A stretch of 64,000 nt of DNA, taken from positions 768,001-832,000 of the forward strand of contig JBESAV010000001.1 in NCBI GenBank assembly GCA_041242255.1. The letters run 5' to 3'. The stretch is from Candidatus Altimarinota bacterium (lineage in GTDB: Bacteria > Patescibacteriota > Gracilibacteria > UBA1369 > GCA-2718715). This document shows, in pieces, positions 58,151-64,000 of the stretch. How positions within the stretch are numbered: the stretch's first letter is position 1; each line of letters opens with the position of its first letter. The position numbers and the translations under genes are program-made. The notes below the pieces were generated by a model. It did not search any database, had not been told where the DNA came from, and saw only the letters and a program-made list of their open reading frames with translations.

Positions 58151-59746
58151 TTATTCTTGGTAATCATATTCAATATTGAACTCTACAACAGAACTTCTGT
58201 TACCATTTCTATCTACTCCAAATATCTGTAATCTATTATTCCCCTGTTCAACATTATTAAATCCTGGAGAGAGTATATACCTAAACTCACCACTAAACGG
58301 CTCATAAAGATCAAGTGTAAATCCATTCACCACAACTTCCTCAGCCCACGTCCCAATACTACCTTGGATCACTCCTTTTCTTTCATCCAAAACATATCCT
58401 TCGAAGTACTCAACATCATTTACACTAACAATACTAGCTAAAGGAGACAACTCACCATCAACCTCAAAAGAATCAACAGCTGGTGCATCTTCTGTTTCTT
58501 CAACCACTTCTTCTTCAGCAGGCACAAATTCTATCGTCAACCTTGTTGGCAGAGACTCCTGACCTCTTTCATCAATTGCAATAGCTTCATAAATATTCTC
58601 ACCTTCTACTAGATTACCAGTAGGCGGATCGTATGCCGCTCGATATAGGAACTCCCTATCCCCTTCAGTAAACCCTTTTAAAACATACTCAGTTGGACGA
58701 TTAGGCCCATTTTCATAACTAACAATCATCACATTTGAAGTATTTGCTGGAACAGTTCCCCTGATATCAATAATATCGTCACCAACACCTTGCACAACTT
58801 CCCCATTCTCATGTGAGGTAAACACTGGTTGTATAGCTGGATCAACTCCATCTTCTGTTTCTTCGATAAATTCTCCATTTAAATCCTCATCAAACAAAAT
58901 TGAAGCATCTTCACTAGAGGCACTTGGGTCTATCACTAAGCTATCATTGTAACCATAAGAAGGATTCAAATCCTCTTCAATATTCCATTTATACCACTGA
59001 CTTAATTGAAATCTCTTATCTATCTCAGTAACTAACTCGACGTCTTCTCCATTAACAATATCTTCAAAGTTTGTACTTGTAAGTTGAACTTGTTGCCCAG
59101 CAGCTAGCTGATATTGGTTCAAGACTGTTTCACCATCTTTCAAATCCAAATTAACCACACCGGACATTACCCTAGCATATTCGGGTAAATTAGATGTTAG
59201 TGCTACACGAGCATTATTTAAACGAGCTCCAAAATATTTTGTAGATACATTAAGTTCAGTATTCCCCACAATAACTTGCGGAGTATTAACCCACACATTA
59301 CCCGTCCTAACATTTAAAGTAATAGTGCTATCATCACCGGTCTTTTCCAGCCTTTCAAAGTCAACAACAGTACTCTCATCTAACCTAATTTGAGTCCCTT
59401 CAAATAAGCTCACCACAGCCCTAGAATCATTCATAGTTCTTATCGTATCGCTCTCCCATAACCTTTGCCCGGATGAAACACTCGCATATTCATTAGAAGA
59501 CGCAGCAGAAATCTGCACATCTCCTGTCACTACATGCACTTCTGCTAACTCCTCAATCTGAGAAGACTGAATAGCATTTAATGCAAACATAAACCCTCTT
59601 ATCAGAAGTAGAACAACACACACTAAAGCCACCACCCCAAAGAGTACCTTTGCCATCTTCATATTTCTTGGAGATTTACTTACCCCAGTAGTTTTACCCG
59701 GACGGTATCTTCGCTTTCTACCTCTATAAAATAAGTTATCGTTCAT
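58151..59746 (-). CDS. Membrane-anchored FecR-domain protein with C-terminal Ig-like domains
   Basis: TM helix, then DTIRT...SRAVVSL.EGTQIRLDEST..GNVWVN (FecR); GENIYEAIAID and GNNRLQIFGVDRNGN Ig-like ends. Confidence 0.7.
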   Translation of the reverse strand: MNDNLFYRGRKRRYRPGKTTGVSKSPRNMKMAKVLFGVVALVCVVLLLIRGFMFALNAIQSSQIEELAEVHVVTGDVQISAASSNEYASVSSGQRLWESDTIRTMNDSRAVVSLFEGTQIRLDESTVVDFERLEKTGDDSTITLNVRTGNVWVNTPQVIVGNTELNVSTKYFGARLNNARVALTSNLPEYARVMSGVVNLDLKDGETVLNQYQLAAGQQVQLTSTNFEDIVNGEDVELVTEIDKRFQLSQWYKWNIEEDLNPSYGYNDSLVIDPSASSEDASILFDEDLNGEFIEETEDGVDPAIQPVFTSHENGEVVQGVGDDIIDIRGTVPANTSNVMIVSYENGPNRPTEYVLKGFTEGDREFLYRAAYDPPTGNLVEGENIYEAIAIDERGQESLPTRLTIEFVPAEEEVVEETEDAPAVDSFEVDGELSPLASIVSVNDVEYFEGYVLDERKGVIQGSIGTWAEEVVVNGFTLDLYEPFSGEFRYILSPGFNNVEQGNNRLQIFGVDRNGNRSSVVEFNIEYDYQE

Positions 59747-59747
59747 A

Positions 59748-61226
59748 TTATAAACCTATAGCTTGCTTAATATCATTTATCTCATTTTGGAGATTCTGAT
59801 CTTTCTTTAACATTTTCTTAACCTTACTGCAAGCATGCATTGCAGTTGTATGATTCCTTCCACCAAATTCCGAACCAATTTTTTCGTAAGAATAATTAAA
59901 ATCCTTCCTCAAAATATACATTCCAACCTGTCTAGGAATCATAATATCCCTAGATCTTCTATCACCAGTTAAATCGTATTTAGTTAAATTATAATACTTA
60001 GCAACTAAATCAACTACATCCTCACCTGAAGTATGTCTCTTAATAGCCTCAGTTCCAGATGCATTTAATTGATCCTTAGAAGTGACCAACTCCATTTTTC
60101 CAAGCTTTTTCAATATTGCCGAAACCGTCTCCATACTTGGAACCTTACCTTCAAGCTTAGCAAATGCTGCCACTTGGACTAAAACACCTTCTAACTCTCT
60201 GATACTACTTTGTACATTCAAAGCAATAAAATCCAAAATATCAGCAGGAATTTCCACATCCAACTCTCTACTTTTCTCGATCAAAATAGCAAGACAAGTT
60301 TCATAATCAGGAAAACTAACATCTACAATCATACCCATCTCAAATCTACTCACAAGTCTATCCTCTAATCCCTCAAGCTCTTTTGGCGGTTTATCCGAAC
60401 TAATAATGATCTGCTTATTTTCATGATATAACTCATTAAAAGTATGAAAAAACTCCTCCTGAGTTCTAGACTTATCAGCTAAGAACTGAATGTCATCAAT
60501 TATAATACAATCAACTTTTCTGTACTTATTTCTAAAACTTTTCACATTATTTTTCTGAATCGCTTCAACTATTTCATTCGTAAATTTCTCTGCTGTAATA
60601 TAAACCACTGTTGAACTAGGGAAGTTTTTCAATATTCCATTACCCGAAGCTTGCAAAAGATGAGTCTTACCTAAACCAACATCTCCATATATAAACAGTG
60701 GATTATAAGCCAAACCTGGCCTATCAGCTACTGCTGAAGCAGCAGCATGAGCTAATCTATTATTAGACCCAACCACAAAACTATCCAAAGTATACTTAGG
60801 ATTCAAAGTCTTAGAACCATAGCTCTGTACTGTTTGATATTCTGAAATAGAAGCATTCATTAGATTCACCTTATCTTTCTTTTTTCTTCTAGATGAAGGC
60901 ATAGCTTTCTTTGGAGCTTGGTCATCTGAACTAAACATTTCTCTTAAATCAACTCCATCACCATCTTCAGTCGATAAAGAATCATCAATCCTAAATTCAA
61001 ATGATTCAACTTTTTCACCAACAGTAGCAAAAGCATCTTTCAAAACATCAATATATCTCTTCTGAAACCAGTCCTTTACAAACATACTCGGTACACCAAT
61101 CACCCAAACACCATTATTGTTTTCAAGTACAGTTGTACCCTGAAACCACACGAAAAAATCAGCCTTCTTAATTTTCTCATATAGAAAGTGTAAAACTTTA
61201 TACCAGACATCGTTGTGTTCACTCAT
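59748..61226 (-). CDS. dnaA: Chromosomal replication initiator DnaA
   Basis: LNPKYT, YNPLFIYGDVGLGKTHL, IDDIQF, QEEFFHTFN, RELEG, GGRNHTT. Confidence 0.97.
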   Translation of the reverse strand: MSEHNDVWYKVLHFLYEKIKKADFFVWFQGTTVLENNNGVWVIGVPSMFVKDWFQKRYIDVLKDAFATVGEKVESFEFRIDDSLSTEDGDGVDLREMFSSDDQAPKKAMPSSRRKKKDKVNLMNASISEYQTVQSYGSKTLNPKYTLDSFVVGSNNRLAHAAASAVADRPGLAYNPLFIYGDVGLGKTHLLQASGNGILKNFPSSTVVYITAEKFTNEIVEAIQKNNVKSFRNKYRKVDCIIIDDIQFLADKSRTQEEFFHTFNELYHENKQIIISSDKPPKELEGLEDRLVSRFEMGMIVDVSFPDYETCLAILIEKSRELDVEIPADILDFIALNVQSSIRELEGVLVQVAAFAKLEGKVPSMETVSAILKKLGKMELVTSKDQLNASGTEAIKRHTSGEDVVDLVAKYYNLTKYDLTGDRRSRDIMIPRQVGMYILRKDFNYSYEKIGSEFGGRNHTTAMHACSKVKKMLKKDQNLQNEINDIKQAIGL

Positions 61227-61283
61227 CAAATAAAGTTAAGGACTTTAATATAGCAAAATAATTTTGTCACATCTAGAAAATTC

Positions 61284-62750
61284 TTACAACCTCAAAAGGT
61301 CAAAAACTGTTACCACAAGAATAAAAACCATTAAAGCAAAGAAACCAATTGCATGTATATAAGCTTCAATTTTCCTATTCAAAACCTTACCCCTCAAAGC
61401 TTCAATAATCACAAATAATATTCTCCCCCCATCCAATGCCGGAATAGGCAAAATATTAATCACAGCTAAACTCAAAGATATCAAAGCAATAAAATTCATT
61501 AACTCAGTTCCACCCAACCCAACAAACTCATAACTCAACTTAGCCACTTGTACAGGCCCACCAACCTCATCAGAAACATCAAATCTAAAAATCACATCAC
61601 CTAGAGTAGTAACAAATCCAACAGCAGTAAGCTTAGAAATCTCCCATCCATTCTGTAAAGAAACAAAGGGAGCCTCCCATAAAGCAATATCATAATCAAA
61701 ATCATTTATAGTAAATGGATAATAACTATCAACATAACCAAAACCAATCACAGCCGCCCCATAACTTGGAAGCAAGCTCATACCTACCACACCATCTTCT
61801 CCTGGCGTCATATTAATCCTTAATTCTTCCCCATCTCTAACAAAAACATACTCTATCTCATCGCCGGAACTCTCTCTAGAAATATCTAAGACTGTTTGTC
61901 CACGATTAACATCTACTCCATCAACAGACAACAACCTATCACCTGACATTACACCAGCTTGCATTGCTACACTTTCTGGTAGAATATTATCAACTTCATA
62001 ATCGTAGGGGAAAACCACATCAAACCTTTCCAAATCACCATCCCTCAAAACTACAAACTCCACCTCTTCAGAACTAACAATTCTATTCACAAAAGTTTCT
62101 CTATCAAAAAGTGGCACACCACCCACACTCAATAGTAAATCACCATCCTGAAGATATTCATCCCAAAAACTATCCACACCACCGATTTCCCAAGCAGGTA
62201 ACTCAGTGAAAATATCTAAACTCCCATCTTCTACAAAAGACATTAGAGATTCAGAATCCAGGTTATTATAGGCTTCCTCAACCTGCTCCATAACCTGTTC
62301 TTCAGCTACAAAACCATACTCATAATCAACATACCCTTCTTCAAAAGCATGTTTCAAATCATCTGTGTTTAAGATAAACGGCTCAGAGCCAAACATCAAA
62401 GCTCCAGTAGAAAGTACCCAAAACACCAAAAAATTCATAACTACACCAGCCATCAAAATTTGAATCTTTTGCCATGGAGTTTTAGAAGCAAAACTATCTT
62501 TATCTTTTAAAACTTTCTTATCAAAAGAATCCTCACCATGAAGCTTCACATAACCACCAAAAGGAATAAGGTTTAACTTATACTCTGTATCACCTTTCTT
62601 TTTCTTAAACAAAGTAGGCGGAAATCCGAGTGCAAACTCATGCACCTTAACTCCATTTTTTTTTGCAGCTAAAAAATGCCCCAATTCATGTATAAAAATC
62701 AAAAAAGATAAAATCAAAATGGCACCTAAAATCTGCAAAATAAACATCAA
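61284..62750 (-). CDS. rseP: RseP/M50 site-2 protease with PDZ domains
   Basis: HELGH, LIPFGGYV, AGVVMN, GPV, NILPIPALDGG. Confidence 0.95.
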   Translation of the reverse strand: MMFILQILGAILILSFLIFIHELGHFLAAKKNGVKVHEFALGFPPTLFKKKKGDTEYKLNLIPFGGYVKLHGEDSFDKKVLKDKDSFASKTPWQKIQILMAGVVMNFLVFWVLSTGALMFGSEPFILNTDDLKHAFEEGYVDYEYGFVAEEQVMEQVEEAYNNLDSESLMSFVEDGSLDIFTELPAWEIGGVDSFWDEYLQDGDLLLSVGGVPLFDRETFVNRIVSSEEVEFVVLRDGDLERFDVVFPYDYEVDNILPESVAMQAGVMSGDRLLSVDGVDVNRGQTVLDISRESSGDEIEYVFVRDGEELRINMTPGEDGVVGMSLLPSYGAAVIGFGYVDSYYPFTINDFDYDIALWEAPFVSLQNGWEISKLTAVGFVTTLGDVIFRFDVSDEVGGPVQVAKLSYEFVGLGGTELMNFIALISLSLAVINILPIPALDGGRILFVIIEALRGKVLNRKIEAYIHAIGFFALMVFILVVTVFDLLRL

Positions 62751-62756
62751 CTAAAA

Positions 62757-63311
62757 TTAAATTTTCATAATTTCCTCTTCTTTCTCCTTACTTAACTTAT
62801 CAATCTCAGCATTCACTTTATCAATCTCATCCTGAACTTGAGACTCCATTCTATTCTGATCATCTTCATTTATCTCATCATCATTCTTCATTCTTTTAAT
62901 AGTCTTCAAAGCATCTTGCCTAGATTGACGAATACTTATACGAGCCTCCTCAGACATTTTTCCAATCAACTTAGTCAAATCTCTACGTCGTTCCTCAGTC
63001 AAATCAGGAAGATTGATAATCAAAACCTCACCATTATTCACAGGATTTAACCCCAAGCCTTCACTTAAAATAGCTTTTGAAATCTCAGGCAACATACCTT
63101 TATCCCAAGGCTTTATTACAATAGTCTTAGCATCTTGTACCGTTAATTGAGCAACATTCTTAACTGGTTGTTTTACTCCATAAGATTCAACCATAATATC
63201 TTCAAATAAAGCAGTTTGAGCTCTTCCGGTTTGTAATTTTGAAAGCTCACCCTTAAAAAATTCTAAAGTTTTACTAAAGTCACTCTTCATATCTGAAACA
63301 ACAGAATTCAT
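62757..63311 (-). CDS. frr: Ribosome recycling factor
   Basis: TGRA, IKPWDK, LGLNP, LTEERR, EEARISIR. Confidence 0.96.
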   Translation of the reverse strand: MNSVVSDMKSDFSKTLEFFKGELSKLQTGRAQTALFEDIMVESYGVKQPVKNVAQLTVQDAKTIVIKPWDKGMLPEISKAILSEGLGLNPVNNGEVLIINLPDLTEERRRDLTKLIGKMSEEARISIRQSRQDALKTIKRMKNDDEINEDDQNRMESQVQDEIDKVNAEIDKLSKEKEEEIMKI

Positions 63312-63323
63312 ATATTTTATTAA

Positions 63324-64000
63324 TTAATTATTTGTCTCAACAATAGTGCTTAATTCCTTATCTGTAAACACATTCAAAAGATTCTCAGGTTTACTAAAAT
63401 CAAAAACTATTATCTTTAAATTATTATCACGAGCCATACTCATCGCAGTTAAATCCATCACTTGTAATTCATCCACAATCGCTTGCTGATGAGTAACATA
63501 ATCATATTTCTGAGCATCTTCGTGCTTAACGGGATCTTTATCAAAAACACCTGGAACTTTAGTTGCTTTCAACAGCAAATCAGACTCCATCTCTAAAGCT
63601 CTCAAAACCGCACAAGAATCAGTAGTATAAAATGGATTACCAGTTCCTCCAGCAAAAACTATAGTCTCACCAAACTCAAGCAACTCCAAAGCCTCAGAGG
63701 TTTTCTTTTTACCGACTAGATTTTCTACTTCCACAGCTGAGACAACTCGCGCGTCATCACCGACGGACTTCAAAGCTTCAGAAAACAAAACTCCATTCAT
63801 AACAGTTGCAGTCATCCCTAACCTATCTGAAGTTACTCTAGGAAGATCCAAACCAGAGTTATCTCTATATCTCCAGATATTACCTCCGCCAACTACTATA
63901 GAAAGTTCCAAATCATTCTCACTTTTAAATTCATAAACTTTTTTTGCAATTCCAACAATTCTTCCGTAATCAAAACTACCATCAGAAGCCCCAAACAGCT
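63324..64000 (-). CDS. pyrH: Uridylate kinase (5' end beyond window)
   Basis: VVGGGNIWR, DRLGMTAT.MN, GGTGNPFYTTD, DPVK, VMD; frame open to the window end. Confidence 0.95.
   Translation of the reverse strand, partial: LFGASDGSFDYGRIVGIAKKVYEFKSENDLELSIVVGGGNIWRYRDNSGLDLPRVTSDRLGMTATVMNGVLFSEALKSVGDDARVVSAVEVENLVGKKKTSEALELLEFGETIVFAGGTGNPFYTTDSCAVLRALEMESDLLLKATKVPGVFDKDPVKHEDAQKYDYVTHQQAIVDELQVMDLTAMSMARDNNLKIIVFDFSKPENLLNVFTDKELSTIVETNN

Noticed and set aside
647-63050. Numerous 60-103 aa ORFs nested in or antisense to long genes (e.g. 3062-3364, 6414-6680, 22069-22365, 28968-29267, 49275-49586)
   Set aside because: They overlap well-supported genes, have no motifs and often use non-ATG starts; treated as shadow ORFs
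1-64000. Recoded genetic code 25 (UGA=Gly) as in Gracilibacteria/Absconditabacteria
   Set aside because: Conserved genes are full length under code 11 with no in-frame TGA, and TGA terminates recG and two other ORFs
1-64000. CRISPR array, rRNA, IS element, integrase or prophage
   Set aside because: I saw no regularly spaced repeats, rRNA-like segments, transposase/integrase motifs or phage structural genes

Overview
AT-rich, densely coding bacterial DNA. Gene content points to Patescibacteria/CPR, possibly Peregrinibacteria-like (inference from alpha2-type GlyRS, CPR-type pilin, PilT, stand-alone ftsQ, Elp3, SLH surface protein, few Shine-Dalgarno sites). The standard code applies: no in-frame TGA in conserved genes, and TGA ends recG. 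Most of the window is housekeeping (der, uvrC, fmt, lepB, murB, gatB, recG, tyrS, rluD, glyQS, trxB, dusB, pilT, rplY, mltG, dnaA, rseP, frr, pyrH, tRNA-Leu-CAA) plus surface-glycan genes. Standouts: (1) a ~10 kb, 9-gene, tightly coupled minus-strand orphan locus (37570-47729) with two HicA-like domains, a degenerate SF2 helicase, a protein of three copies of an unrecognised ~205-aa domain, coiled coils and an LRR-like protein; (2) a head-to-head Elp3 and Trm9/ALKBH8-like methyltransferase pair suggesting a eukaryote/archaea-type mcm5U34 pathway, next to a 2OG-Fe(II) oxygenase-AlaX pair; (3) a TyrRS with an N-terminal B3/4 editing-type domain; (4) a minimal RNB-domain protein and a GNAT-like insertion in UvrC; (5) strong C/A strand skew that does not flip at dnaA. 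All family calls are motif recognition by eye; no searches were run.
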